Shown: piece after piece, positions 1 to 9,283 of the stretch
Numbering within the stretch: position 1 is the stretch's first letter
Layout of the letters: each line of letters opens with the position of its first letter
Source: an uncultured Thermoleophilia bacterium
GTDB taxonomy: Bacteria; Actinomycetota; Thermoleophilia; Solirubrobacterales; 70-9
DNA: 64,000 nucleotides
Reading direction: 5' to 3'
NCBI GenBank assembly: GCA_963715735.1
Contig: OY970268.1
Location: 2,513,529-2,577,528, forward strand
The notes under the pieces: model-generated
What the model saw: the letters and a program-made list of their open reading frames with translations, nothing else
Databases searched by the model: none
What the model was told of the DNA's origin: nothing
Program-made: the position numbers and the translations under genes

Positions 1-36
1 GATCAGGCAGCCGCCAAGCGTCGGGTCGAGCTGGCC

Positions 37-387
37 GTGAGTCAGCCTGCGTTCGATGCCCTCGCCGCTGAGGTAGAGACCCGGGCCGCCATCACCGCTT
101 CCAGAATGGAGAGCGCCGTTCGCCTCTACCTGAACGACAAGGGAGCGGGCCGACCGGCGTGGCCCTACCCCTCGTTTCTGCAAGGAAGCGAGACCGCGAA
201 GGACGTCGGTCTCGAACTGGAGATCGACGAAGCTCTCTGGCGATCGTTTGAGGCTGAGGCGGCCGAGCAGAGCGTCTCGCTGCAGCAACTCGCCGAGCAC
301 GCCGCCTTCTACTACTCCGCCGAGGTCGACGCCGGCAGGATCACCCAGCGCATCCTCGACGACCCAGCCTCGGCTGAGAGCGACTAG
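37..387 (+). CDS. small hypothetical protein with a ribbon-helix-helix-like C-terminus (paralog A of 1338..1664)
   Basis: It shares these motifs with 1338..1664: AGR(R)P..(F/Y)P.FL, ELE(I/V)D, E.EA, V(S/T)L.Q(L/I)..H....Y.AE. The segment LELEIDEALWRSFEAEAAEQSVSLQQLAEHAAFYY fits the strand-helix-turn-helix pattern of CopG/Arc RHH domains. The frame is open back to base 1, so the real start may lie upstream of the window. GTG at 37 is the first start in the window. Confidence 0.5.
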   Translation: MSQPAFDALAAEVETRAAITASRMESAVRLYLNDKGAGRPAWPYPSFLQGSETAKDVGLELEIDEALWRSFEAEAAEQSVSLQQLAEHAAFYYSAEVDAGRITQRILDDPASAESD

Positions 388-403
388 TCCTTTTTAGGAG
401 GGA

Positions 404-997
404 CTAGGCCCCAGGGCGCGTCGCGACGACCGGCGCTGCGTCCAGCTCGGTCAGGCTGGCGCGGAGCGAGCGCCGGCCGCGGTGGTGAAGCCCGTGGACG
501 GAGCTCTCGGACTTGTCGAGGGTCCCGGCGATCTCGACCGGCGAGAGACCGACGATGTGCCGGAGGACGAGCACCTCGCGCTGGTCCTCGGGAAGGGCTT
601 CGAGCGCCTGGCGCAGTGCCCTGCCGCGATCCAGCCCGGTTTGGGCGCGGCCGGTGTCGGTCAGCCGCACCTCCTCGGTCGGGATCGCCCGCTTGGCGCG
701 CAGATGGTCCAGGGCGGCGTTGCGGGAAACCCGCAGGATCCAAGCGTCGAAGGGAACCTCCCTCTCCTCGTAGCGTTGGATCGCGGACATCAGCTTGGCG
801 AACACGTTCTGGGTGATGTCTTCCGCGTCGTGGGGGTCGCGGACGACGCTCGTCACGAACCGAAGGACGTCGTCGGCGTAGCGAACGTAGAGATAGTGCA
901 ACCCCTCTGAATCCCCAGCCTTGGCCTGCGCGATGGCCTCGCGAGTGAGGCGGCTGGCCCCGCGAGCTCTCGCTTCGCTTTCGGGCTTACCGTTCAT
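404..997 (-). CDS. ECF-type RNA polymerase sigma-70 factor
   Basis: Region 2 is present (DAEDITQNVFAKLM, PFDAWILRVSRNAALDHLR). Region 4 is present (LPEDQREVLVLRHIVGLSPVEIAGTLDKSESSVHGLHHRGRRSL). I moved the start to ATG 997 (MNGKPESE), which is preceded by GGGGAG. The upstream 41 codons of the tracked ORF are low in GC and look non-coding. Confidence 0.9.
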   Translation of the reverse strand: MNGKPESEARARGASRLTREAIAQAKAGDSEGLHYLYVRYADDVLRFVTSVVRDPHDAEDITQNVFAKLMSAIQRYEEREVPFDAWILRVSRNAALDHLRAKRAIPTEEVRLTDTGRAQTGLDRGRALRQALEALPEDQREVLVLRHIVGLSPVEIAGTLDKSESSVHGLHHRGRRSLRASLTELDAAPVVATRPGA

Positions 998-1229
998 AAG
1001 AGTTCTCCCCGCATGCTCACCGCATGCTGTACCACCAGAAATCGGTTTCCAAGAAGCGTCTACGTAAATCCCGTTCGCACTTTGGATGAGAATCTCATCC
1101 CAAAATGGGGACTCATACAAACGGTGCGGCTGGTTTTGACAGCAACCGGGTGAGAGATTTATGAACTATCGGTCGAATGTCAATCCCCAATATTCGTCCA
1201 AATTTCGTTCTGAGCCTCAAGTCGCTGGA

Positions 1230-1266
1230 ATTGCACAGGTATTACGAGCGGATTGCACAAGTATTA
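1230..1266. promoter_or_regulatory. 15-bp direct repeat ATTGCACA(G/A)GTATTA, two copies with a 22-bp period
   Basis: Copies lie at 1230-1244 and 1252-1266 and match at 14 of 15 positions. They sit in an unusually long (about 340 bp), comparatively AT-rich divergent intergenic region between the ECF sigma gene and 1338..1664. Function is unknown; an operator is the candidate role. Confidence 0.45.
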
Positions 1267-1337
1267 GGGGGGCTGAAGTTCGGAGGGTGTTTACAAACCG
1301 GGGCAAATCGGGAGGGCCTTCCGGAGTTCATAGGTAG

Positions 1338-1664
1338 ATGGGCATGAGGGTGGCGCTGAACAAACTTGCTTGTTCGGGTCTCGAATCGCATCTCGGTGGA
1401 GTTTCGGCCGGAGTGCGCGCGGCCTTGTTTCACTACGCCGTAAAGCTCAAGGCGGGCCGGCGGCCACTCGCCTTCCCGCGCTTTCTCGCCGGCGTAGAGG
1501 CCCGGCCCCCGCACCTCGTCTTCGAGCTGGAGGTAGATAGGGAGACCGAGGCCCTGCTCGAACGCGAGGCGAAAGCGAACCAGGTAACCCTGAATCAGAT
1601 CATCGGCCATTCGGTCCTCATCTACCTGGCCGAGACGGAGTTCCTCAGCGCCGCCACCAGCTGA
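1338..1664 (+). CDS. small hypothetical protein with a ribbon-helix-helix-like C-terminus (paralog B of 37..387)
   Basis: Clear paralogy to 37..387: KAGRRPLAFPRFLAG, FELEVDRETEALLEREAKANQVTLNQIIGHSVLIYLAE. Transcribed divergently from the ECF sigma gene. Confidence 0.55.
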   Translation: MGMRVALNKLACSGLESHLGGVSAGVRAALFHYAVKLKAGRRPLAFPRFLAGVEARPPHLVFELEVDRETEALLEREAKANQVTLNQIIGHSVLIYLAETEFLSAATS

Positions 1665-1719
1665 CCTGGCGCTGACGCTCCGCCGACTGGAGCGAGGAGA
1701 CCGTCGTTTGCAGCGAGAT

Positions 1720-2808
1720 CTACTTGGCGCCGGGGCGCGGCGCGGCGAGGTACCCGGCGGTCGCCGCCTGGAGCACCTCGTCGACATCGCGGACCGCGAC
1801 CGGTTCTCCGCGGGCCGCCAGGGACCGCTCCAGGGCTTCCAGGCCGAGCACGATCTCCAGGCCCAAGCGCGAGTTCGAAACCGGTGTCGTGCCCTCTCGA
1901 ATCGCTTCCGCGAAGTCACGCAGCTCCTGCCCGAGCGGCTCCAACGCCTCGATCCGCGGCGCCACCATGTCACCGCTCCGGTAGGTAAGTCGGTACTCGC
2001 CGAAGTTGGCGGGGGGCTCCGCGAAGTCAAGGCCGCGGTCGTAGATTCGAACCGAGTCGTCGGCGGCGGTGTCTTCGTACTGGATCATCCGACGACTGCC
2101 GACCACGACCATCTGCCGCATCTTCCGCGGCGCCAGCCATGAGAGCTGGACGTTGGCCTGGGCGCCACCCTCGAAGCGCAGGGTGAGGAAGGCGGTCTCG
2201 TGGACGCCCTCCTGGTAGACGCTGCGCCCGGTGGCGGAGACCTCGACCAACGGTTTGCCGAGCCAGTGCAGGAGAATCGAGAGGTCGTGCGGGGCAAGGT
2301 CCAGCACCACTCCGTCCTGCTGGTAGAGGCCGAGGTTCATGCGCGAAGAGGTGGCAAAGTAGATCTCGCCGAGCTCGTCGGCCTGAATCAGGTCACGAAC
2401 CTTGTTCACCGACGGGCTGTAGACGAAGGTGTGGCCGGGCATCAGCACCAGGTCGAGCTCCTCTGCCAGCGCAATCAGCGTCGCTGCCTCGTCCGCGGTG
2501 CGGGCGAGTGGCTTCTCCACCAACACATGCTTGCCGGCCTCGAGCGCGCGGCGCACCAGGCTGTAGTGGGTGTGGGGAGGGGTGGCGATGGCAACCGCTT
2601 CGATTCGCGGGTCAGCCAGGGCGGCGTCGAGGTCACCCTCCACCCAGACTCCGGGGTGACGGCGGCGGAAGTCTTCGGCGCGGCCTTCGTCGAGCTCGCA
2701 GAGGCACATCAAGCGGAACTCGGGGCGCTCGACGACGTTGCGAACGATGTTGGGTCCCCAGTAGCCGTATCCGACCACCATCGTCCCTATTTGTCCGGCT
2801 GGGTTCAT
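1720..2808 (-). CDS. Gfo/Idh/MocA-family NAD-dependent sugar oxidoreductase
   Basis: N-terminal Rossmann motif MVVGYGYWGPNIVRN, then EKPLA and the typical C-terminal alpha/beta domain. I moved the start to ATG 2808 (MNPAGQIG), which overlaps the upstream stop as ATGA. Confidence 0.85.
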   Translation of the reverse strand: MNPAGQIGTMVVGYGYWGPNIVRNVVERPEFRLMCLCELDEGRAEDFRRRHPGVWVEGDLDAALADPRIEAVAIATPPHTHYSLVRRALEAGKHVLVEKPLARTADEAATLIALAEELDLVLMPGHTFVYSPSVNKVRDLIQADELGEIYFATSSRMNLGLYQQDGVVLDLAPHDLSILLHWLGKPLVEVSATGRSVYQEGVHETAFLTLRFEGGAQANVQLSWLAPRKMRQMVVVGSRRMIQYEDTAADDSVRIYDRGLDFAEPPANFGEYRLTYRSGDMVAPRIEALEPLGQELRDFAEAIREGTTPVSNSRLGLEIVLGLEALERSLAARGEPVAVRDVDEVLQAATAGYLAAPRPGAK

Positions 2809-3491
2809 GCTGCTCCCTTTCTGGAGAGGACGGTCAGAGGGGTTCTGAGAAGGATCGAAAGGTCGAGGCTCAGCGAGCGACGATCGGCGTACTCGATGTC
2901 GAGCCGGACCATTTCCTCGTAGGTGCGCTCGCTGCGACCGCTGACCTGCCAGAGGCCGGTCAGGCCGGGCTTTACCGTAAAGCGCTTCAGGTACCAAGCC
3001 GGATACTCAGAGACCTCGTAGGGGATCGCCGGACGCGGTCCGACGAGGGTCATGTTTCCGAGCAGGACATTGAAGAGCTGGGGAAGCTCGTCGAGGCTCC
3101 AGCGGCGGATAAAGCGTCCCACCGGGGTGATCCGATTGTCTACCGCCAGCTTGTAGAGGCTCTCGCCGCCGCCGGGCTGGGAGTCGGCGCCCTTGATCAG
3201 AGCGGTCACGTATTCCTGGTGCCCACGCGGGTCGGCATCGAGGCACATGCTGCGGAACTTGAAGAGCGTGAACTCGCGTTCCGCGAAGCCGACGCGGCGC
3301 TGCCGGAACAGGGCCGGCCCGCGGCTGTCAATGCGGATCGCGAGCGCGACCGCGATCATGATCGGGCCGAACACCAAGATCAGCACCATCGAGAAGATCA
3401 GGTCGACGAACCGCCGCAGCGCCGAGAGCAGGCGCGGTTCGGTCTCCGACCGGCTCAGTGCGTGCTCGTGGTTGAGTCGGTGTGCCTCCAT
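2805..3491 (-). CDS. small monotopic phosphoglycosyl transferase (bacterial sugar transferase, PglC/WbaP C-terminal type)
   Basis: One N-terminal re-entrant helix ([22 protein letters not shown]), then [38 protein letters not shown] and [14 protein letters not shown]. Confidence 0.9.
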   Translation of the reverse strand: MEAHRLNHEHALSRSETEPRLLSALRRFVDLIFSMVLILVFGPIMIAVALAIRIDSRGPALFRQRRVGFAEREFTLFKFRSMCLDADPRGHQEYVTALIKGADSQPGGGESLYKLAVDNRITPVGRFIRRWSLDELPQLFNVLLGNMTLVGPRPAIPYEVSEYPAWYLKRFTVKPGLTGLWQVSGRSERTYEEMVRLDIEYADRRSLSLDLSILLRTPLTVLSRKGAA

Positions 3492-3634
3492 CGTCGCCTA
3501 AGACAACGGCCCCGCACCGCAAACTCTTGCGCCGCGACCGCTGCGAGGGGGTTGAAAATCGGTCGCGATCCGAATCGGGCGGATAACTTTTCTCCCCCGC
3601 GCAAAGACCTGGCCGCCTGGTGCGTTGTTTGGCC

Positions 3635-4699
3635 ATGGCACCCCGCATCATTTCCATCATCGGGTCCCGCCCCGAGATCGTCCAAGCGGCGCCGCTCTCA
3701 CTGGCATACGCGAGCTGCGTCGAGGAGATCCTCGTCCACACCGGCCAGCACTACGACCCGGGGATGTCAGACCTGCAGATCGCCGACCTGCGGCTACCGC
3801 TGCCGGAGTTCAACCTCGGGGTCGGTTCGCTGCCCCCTGAGGAAGGCGTCGCGGTGGCTCAGGCTCGGATCGCGCAAGTGATCGACCGCAAGAATCCGGA
3901 CGCGGTCCTGGTCCGCGGCGACACCAACGCGACGATCGCCGGCGCGCGCGCCGCGGTAGCCGCCGGGGTGCCGCTGCTCCACGTCGAGGCCGGCCTGCGC
4001 AGCTACCGCGACGACATGCCCGAGGAGGCCAACCGGATCGAGACCGACCGGCTCTCCGACCTGCTCTTCGCTCCCTGCCAGCACGCTCGCGATGTCCTGG
4101 TAAAGGAGCGCGTCCCCGGCGTCGTGCACGTCACCGGCGACGTCCTCGCCGACGTCATGCTGGCGACCCGGAGTCGCCTGCCGGATGCGACCGAGCAGGG
4201 CGAGTACGTCCTCGCCACGGCGCACCGCAACTACAACACCGACTCGCGCGAGCGGCTCGCCGCGGTGCTCGACTGCCTGCGGGCGGCGCAGTGCCGGGTG
4301 ATCTGGCCGCTGCACCCGCGGACCCGCAAGAGCCTCGAGGCGTGGGGCCTGGAGCTGCCTGCCAACGTCGAGGTCCGCGACCCCGTCAACTACACGGAGA
4401 TGCTGGCGCTCGAGCGCGACGCGGTGGCGATCGCGACCGACTCCGGCGGGGTCCAGCGCGAGGCCTACCTCTGGGGCGTCCCCTGCATCACGATGCGCGA
4501 GGAGACCGAGTGGATCGAGACCGTCTCGACCGGTTGGAACACCCTCGTCGGCGTCGACGCCGAGCTCTTCGCGCAGGCGCTGGCGAAGCCGGCTCCGACC
4601 ACCCGGCCGCCGATCTTCGGCGAAGGCCGAGCGGCGGAGCGGATCGCCGAGCTGACCATCTCCCACCTCGATCGCCAACTGGAGGCCTCCGTTGTCTGA
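3635..4699 (+). CDS. UDP-N-acetylglucosamine 2-epimerase (WecB/WbpI-like, non-hydrolysing type)
   Basis: MAPRIISIIGSRPEIVQAAPL, HTGQHYD, GDTNATIAGA.AA, HVEAGLRS, TDSGGVQREA. Start set at ATG 3635. Confidence 0.85.
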   Translation: MAPRIISIIGSRPEIVQAAPLSLAYASCVEEILVHTGQHYDPGMSDLQIADLRLPLPEFNLGVGSLPPEEGVAVAQARIAQVIDRKNPDAVLVRGDTNATIAGARAAVAAGVPLLHVEAGLRSYRDDMPEEANRIETDRLSDLLFAPCQHARDVLVKERVPGVVHVTGDVLADVMLATRSRLPDATEQGEYVLATAHRNYNTDSRERLAAVLDCLRAAQCRVIWPLHPRTRKSLEAWGLELPANVEVRDPVNYTEMLALERDAVAIATDSGGVQREAYLWGVPCITMREETEWIETVSTGWNTLVGVDAELFAQALAKPAPTTRPPIFGEGRAAERIAELTISHLDRQLEASVV

Positions 4700-5750
4700 A
4701 CAACTGCGAGTCGGCGTCATCGGCTGCGGCCGGATGGGCGCCTTCCACATGCGCAACTTCGGCCAGCTCGATTGCGCGAGGCTGGTGGCGGTGGCCGAGC
4801 CTGACGAGACGGCGCGGCGGCGCGCCGTCGGCGAGACCCGGGTCACCGAGTACAGCGACTGGCGCGACCTGATCGAGTTCGGCGTCGAGGAACTCGACGC
4901 GATCTCGATCGCCTGTCCGTCCGAGCAGCACGCCGAGGTCGCGCTGGGAGCGCTCGAGGCCGGCCTGCACGTGCTGGTCGAGAAGCCGATCGCGACGACG
5001 CTTCCGGACGCGCTACGGATGCGCGGCGCGGCCTTCGAAGCGGATCGCAAGTTGATGGTGGGCCATGTCGAGCGCTTCAACCCTGCCGTCGCAAAGCTGC
5101 GTGAGCTGGTCGCTTCCGGGCGCCTGGGCACCGTCTATCGAGCGCATACGACCCGGGTCGGGCCGCTGCCGACGCGGATCCAGGACACGGGGGTGGCAAT
5201 CGACCTAGCCACCCACGACCTCGACGTCATGCAGCACGTGCTCGGCCTCTCGATCCACGAGATCTACGCCGACGGCGGCCGTTTCCAGCACAACTCCCAG
5301 GAGGACCTGCTGACCTGTCTCGCCCGCTTCGGAGAGGAAGGCAAGGGGCAGACCCTGGGCCTGCTCGATGTCAACTGGCTGACCCCCGAGAAGAAGCGCG
5401 AGATCACCCTGATCGGCGAGAACGGGATGCTGCGGGCCAGCTACATCACCCAGGACGTCTGGTTCGTCGAGTCGACGACCGCGCCCCTGCAGTGGGACGG
5501 GCTCTCGATGCTGCGCGGCGACGGCGAGGGGGCGGCGGTGCGCTTCTCGCTGGCCAAGGCGGAGCCGCTGGGAGCCGAGCTCGAAGCCTTCTGCCACTGC
5601 GTCCTCGACGACACCCCGGAGCCGGTCAGCGCCCACGACGGCGTCAAGGCCCTGGCGGCGGCGCTGGCGGTGCGCGAGTCGGCCGCCGTGCGCCGCCCGG
5701 TCGAGCTACTCGACATTCCCGAGCCCCGCCCCCTGGAGGTGCTGGCGTGA
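4692..5750 (+). CDS. Gfo/Idh/MocA-family oxidoreductase (WbpB/WlbA-like sugar 3-dehydrogenase candidate)
   Basis: LRVGVIGCGRMGAFHMRNF Rossmann motif, then VEKPIA and GHVERFNPA. The TTG start overlaps the stop of the epimerase gene. Confidence 0.85.
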   Translation: MSEQLRVGVIGCGRMGAFHMRNFGQLDCARLVAVAEPDETARRRAVGETRVTEYSDWRDLIEFGVEELDAISIACPSEQHAEVALGALEAGLHVLVEKPIATTLPDALRMRGAAFEADRKLMVGHVERFNPAVAKLRELVASGRLGTVYRAHTTRVGPLPTRIQDTGVAIDLATHDLDVMQHVLGLSIHEIYADGGRFQHNSQEDLLTCLARFGEEGKGQTLGLLDVNWLTPEKKREITLIGENGMLRASYITQDVWFVESTTAPLQWDGLSMLRGDGEGAAVRFSLAKAEPLGAELEAFCHCVLDDTPEPVSAHDGVKALAAALAVRESAAVRRPVELLDIPEPRPLEVLA

Positions 5751-6598
5751 TCCGCTTCGTGATCCCGGCCTACAACGAGGCCGAAAACATCCCCCGCCTG
5801 CTCGCCGACCTGGCCCCGGTTGCCCGCGAGCTCGGCGCCCGCGTGATCATCGTCGACGACGGCTCGACCGACGGCACCGGCGAGGTGATCCGCGAACACG
5901 CCCAGGACATGCACCTGGCAGTGGTCACTCACACCGTCAACCGCGGCCTCGGGACGGCGATCAACACCGGCATCCGCTCGGCTTTGAAGGAGTCCTCCGA
6001 CGAGGACGCGATCGTCACCCTCGAGGCCGACACCACCTCCGACCTCTCCGACCTGCCGCGCATGCTGGAGCTGTTCGACCAGGGCACCGACATCGTGCTC
6101 GCCTCGGTCTACGCCCCCGGCGGCGAGATCATCGGGGTCGCCGGCTGGCGGCTGGCGGCGAGCAAATCGGTCTCGAACACCTTCCGCTACCTCGGTGGGC
6201 TGCGCGAGATGCACACGCTCTCCTCCCTGTACCGGGTCTACCGGGCGGGAACGCTGCGCAAGGCCGCCGACACCTACGGCTACCTGCTGGTTCGCGAGCC
6301 CGGGTTCGCCGCCAACGTCGAGCTCCTGCTGAAGCTCTACAACGCCGGCGCCAGCGTCGCCGAGGTGCCGACCACGAACGACTGGACGACGCGCAAAGGC
6401 GTCTCGAAGATGCAGCTGAAACCGACCGTGCTGGCCTACTTCCGGGTGATGACGGCGCATCTGGTGGGCCGCATCCAGCCGCCGCCGGTCTCGCCGCTGG
6501 CCGAGGCGACGGCGCCGCTGGGCGTGCCCGAGCCGGCCGCCGCGACGGTCGCGCCGGGCGGCAACCGGAACGGGCGCGAGTCGGCCGCCCGCGCCTGA
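5747..6598 (+). CDS. GT2 glycosyltransferase, polyprenyl-phosphate sugar synthase type (DPM1/GtrB/ArnC-like)
   Basis: VIRFVIPAYNEAENIPRLL, VIIVDDGSTDGT and TLEADTTSD (DxD-like). It is about 283 aa with no long membrane domain. The GTG start at 5747 overlaps the previous stop. Confidence 0.8.
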   Translation: MIRFVIPAYNEAENIPRLLADLAPVARELGARVIIVDDGSTDGTGEVIREHAQDMHLAVVTHTVNRGLGTAINTGIRSALKESSDEDAIVTLEADTTSDLSDLPRMLELFDQGTDIVLASVYAPGGEIIGVAGWRLAASKSVSNTFRYLGGLREMHTLSSLYRVYRAGTLRKAADTYGYLLVREPGFAANVELLLKLYNAGASVAEVPTTNDWTTRKGVSKMQLKPTVLAYFRVMTAHLVGRIQPPPVSPLAEATAPLGVPEPAAATVAPGGNRNGRESAARA

Positions 6599-7983
6599 TG
6601 GACGCCGCGACCCCCCGGGTGGGGATCGTCGGCGGCGGGGTGCTCGGCACCTCGCTCGCCCTGCGCCTGGCCCAGGCCGGCGCCGCGGTGACCGTGATCG
6701 AGCGCGGACCCAGCCTCGGCGGCCTCGCCGGCACCTTCGACTTCGGCGGCCACGAGGTCGACCGCTTCTACCACGTCATCACCCCCGCCGACCAGCGCAT
6801 GATCGCGATGGCGGAGGAGGTCGGGCTCGGCGACCAGCTGCGCTTCACGCCGGTCGGCGCCGGCTTCTTCGCCGACGGCGAGATGCACGACTTCAACGGG
6901 GTCGCCGACCTGCTGCGGTTCTCACCGCTCGGACCGGTCGCGCGGCTGCGCCTGGGGATGTTCGTCGCCCAGTGCCAGCTGCGCAGCTCCTACGAGAAGC
7001 TGGAGACGATCCCGCTCGAGACCTGGCTGCGGCGGATCTGCGGCAACCAGGTCTGGGAGCGGATCTGGAAGCCGCTGCTGGACACGCGCTTCGACGGCGA
7101 CCCCGCGGGGCTGCCGGCGACTTACCTCTGGGCGCGCACCCGGCGGATGTCGGGCGCCCGCAGCGGCGGCGGCAAGGGCGGCGAGGAAATGGGCCACATC
7201 GTCGGCGGCCACCAGCGCCTGATCGACGCGATGGTCGCCCGCGCCCGTGAGCTCGGGGTCGAGATGCTCACCGACGCCCCGGTCAGCGGCCTCGCGCTCG
7301 ACGAGGCCGGCAACGTCACCGGCGTCGAGTTGGGCGAGCGCAAGCTCGAGTTCGACCTGACGATCCCGACCCTGCAACCGCCCGCCCTGCGCTTCCTCCT
7401 GCCCGAGCGCCACCAAGACCTGCTCGAGCCCTACCCGCAGCGCTGGCTCGGCTGCGTCTGCCCGATCATCAAGGTGCGGCGCTCGCTGCTCCCCTACTAC
7501 GCGATCAACATCGTCGAGCCGACCCCGCTGACCAGCGCGGTCGAGACGACCCAGGTGCTGGGCACCGACCACACCGACGGCCTGCACCTCGTCTACCTGC
7601 CCAAGTACTGCGCCCCGGACGCGCCCGAGCAGAGCGAGGACGACGAGTCCGTCTACCGCCGCTTCACCGACTACCTCGCCCGCCTCTCCCCCGGCTTCAG
7701 CCGCGACGACGTCGTCGACTGGACGGTGCAGCGGGCGAAGCTGGTCGAGCCGGTGCACACGCTGGCGCCCGCGGGCGGGGTCCGGGTCGCGCCGATCTGG
7801 CCTGGCGTCGAGGGGCTGGCGCTGGCCTCCAACGCGCAGATCTACCCCTACCTGCTGAACGGCGACTCGGTGATGGGCTTTGCCGAAACGGTGGCCGCCG
7901 AAGTCGCCGAGCGCCTCGATCTCGCCGCAGCTGCCGGCGAGGGGAGTGCGAGAAAAGGACTAGTTGGATCGTTGACTTCTTAG
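6598..7983 (+). CDS. FAD/NAD(P)-binding oxidoreductase (amine-oxidase/phytoene-desaturase-like fold)
   Basis: N-terminal dinucleotide motif VGIVGGGVLGTSLALRLAQAGAAVTVIERGPSLGGLA. ATGA overlap with the GT2 gene. Confidence 0.7.
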   Translation: MDAATPRVGIVGGGVLGTSLALRLAQAGAAVTVIERGPSLGGLAGTFDFGGHEVDRFYHVITPADQRMIAMAEEVGLGDQLRFTPVGAGFFADGEMHDFNGVADLLRFSPLGPVARLRLGMFVAQCQLRSSYEKLETIPLETWLRRICGNQVWERIWKPLLDTRFDGDPAGLPATYLWARTRRMSGARSGGGKGGEEMGHIVGGHQRLIDAMVARARELGVEMLTDAPVSGLALDEAGNVTGVELGERKLEFDLTIPTLQPPALRFLLPERHQDLLEPYPQRWLGCVCPIIKVRRSLLPYYAINIVEPTPLTSAVETTQVLGTDHTDGLHLVYLPKYCAPDAPEQSEDDESVYRRFTDYLARLSPGFSRDDVVDWTVQRAKLVEPVHTLAPAGGVRVAPIWPGVEGLALASNAQIYPYLLNGDSVMGFAETVAAEVAERLDLAAAAGEGSARKGLVGSLTS

Positions 7984-8023
7984 AGGGTGGGCCGTCCTGG
8001 GCTCGGTCCTCACACCGAGCGCC

Positions 8024-9283
8024 ATGTACCAAGTAGAAGCTTCGAAAGCCCTCCTCAAGCCGCGCCTCTGGGCGCGCCGCTCCGCCCGCCTACGGGTGCC
8101 ACGCAACGTGGTCATGCTCGGCACGGTCAGCCTGCTGACCGACGTCTCCTCGGAGATGGTGGCGACGATCCTGCCGCTCTACCTCGTCTTCTCGCTCGGC
8201 GCCAGCCCGCTGGCACTGGGGGCGATCGACGGCATCTACCGCGGCGCCGCGGCGATCGTCCAGGTCCTCAGCGGCGTCGTCTCCGACCGCTGGCACCGCC
8301 ACAAGGAGGTGGCCGAGAGCGGTTACGGGATCTCCGCCCTGGGCAAGGTCGGGCTGGTGATCGCCGGCAACTCGATTGGCGGAATCGGCGCGATCGTCGC
8401 CTTCGACCGGATCGGCAAGGGAATCCGCACGGCCCCGCGCGACGCCCTGATCTCGCTCTCCAGCACCAAGGCGGGTCTCGCGACCTCGTTCGGCGTGCAC
8501 CGGGCGATGGACAGCTTCGGGGCGATGCTGGGCCCGCTCATCGCCTTCGGGATCCTGCTCGCCGCGCCGGCCCGCTTCGACGCCGTCTTCGTGGTCAGCA
8601 CGCTGTTCGCGCTGCTCGGCCTCGCCGTCCTCTTCCTCGCGGTCGAGGGACGGCCGCGGCGGATGCCCCGCGAGGGCGCGCCGCCCTCGCTTCGAGCCGC
8701 CGCCGGGCTGCTCCGCGACCGCCGCTTCACGCCGCTTTTGATCGCCGCCGCGGGGCTCTCGGTGGCGAGCGTCTCCGACGCCCTGATCTACGTCGGCCTG
8801 CAGGGGAAGATCGAATTCGAGCCCGCCGTCTTCCCGCTGCTCTACGTGATCACCGCGGTCGCCTTCATGGGCTTGGCGATCCCCTTCGGGCAGCTGGCCG
8901 ACCGGGTCGGCCGGATCCGCGTGCTGCTCGGCGGCCAGGCGCTGCTCTTCGTCGTCTACGCGGCCCTGCTCTCCGGCTCGCTCGGGTACGCCGGCCTGAT
9001 CGTCTGCCTGATCGCGCTCGGCGGCTACTTCGCCGCGACCGAAGGCGTGATGACCGCGATCGCCGGCTCGATCCTGCCGGAGGAGCTACAGGCGAGCGGA
9101 ATCGGCATTCTGATCACCGTGATCAGCCTCGGCCGCCTCGTCTCCTCGGTCGCCTTCGGGGCACTCTGGCTGGCCGCCGGCCTGCAGGACGCCGTGCTCG
9201 TCTTCGCCGTCGCCCTGGTTGCGGCGATCGCCGCCGCGGCGGTGCTGCTGAAGCGCTCGCAGGAGAGCGTCGCGCATGGGTAG
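8024..9283 (+). CDS. MFS-type transporter
   Basis: About 12 hydrophobic segments. It has an MFS-like loop motif (SGVVSDRWHRHK) and a second-half repeat (GQLADRVGR). Confidence 0.8.
   Translation: MYQVEASKALLKPRLWARRSARLRVPRNVVMLGTVSLLTDVSSEMVATILPLYLVFSLGASPLALGAIDGIYRGAAAIVQVLSGVVSDRWHRHKEVAESGYGISALGKVGLVIAGNSIGGIGAIVAFDRIGKGIRTAPRDALISLSSTKAGLATSFGVHRAMDSFGAMLGPLIAFGILLAAPARFDAVFVVSTLFALLGLAVLFLAVEGRPRRMPREGAPPSLRAAAGLLRDRRFTPLLIAAAGLSVASVSDALIYVGLQGKIEFEPAVFPLLYVITAVAFMGLAIPFGQLADRVGRIRVLLGGQALLFVVYAALLSGSLGYAGLIVCLIALGGYFAATEGVMTAIAGSILPEELQASGIGILITVISLGRLVSSVAFGALWLAAGLQDAVLVFAVALVAAIAAAAVLLKRSQESVAHG

Noticed and set aside
1160-1336. 58-codon ATG ORF in the sigma-factor intergenic region.
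   Set aside because: Its codons have low GC3, unlike every convincing gene here. It has no SD and spans the direct repeats, so it is more likely regulatory DNA.
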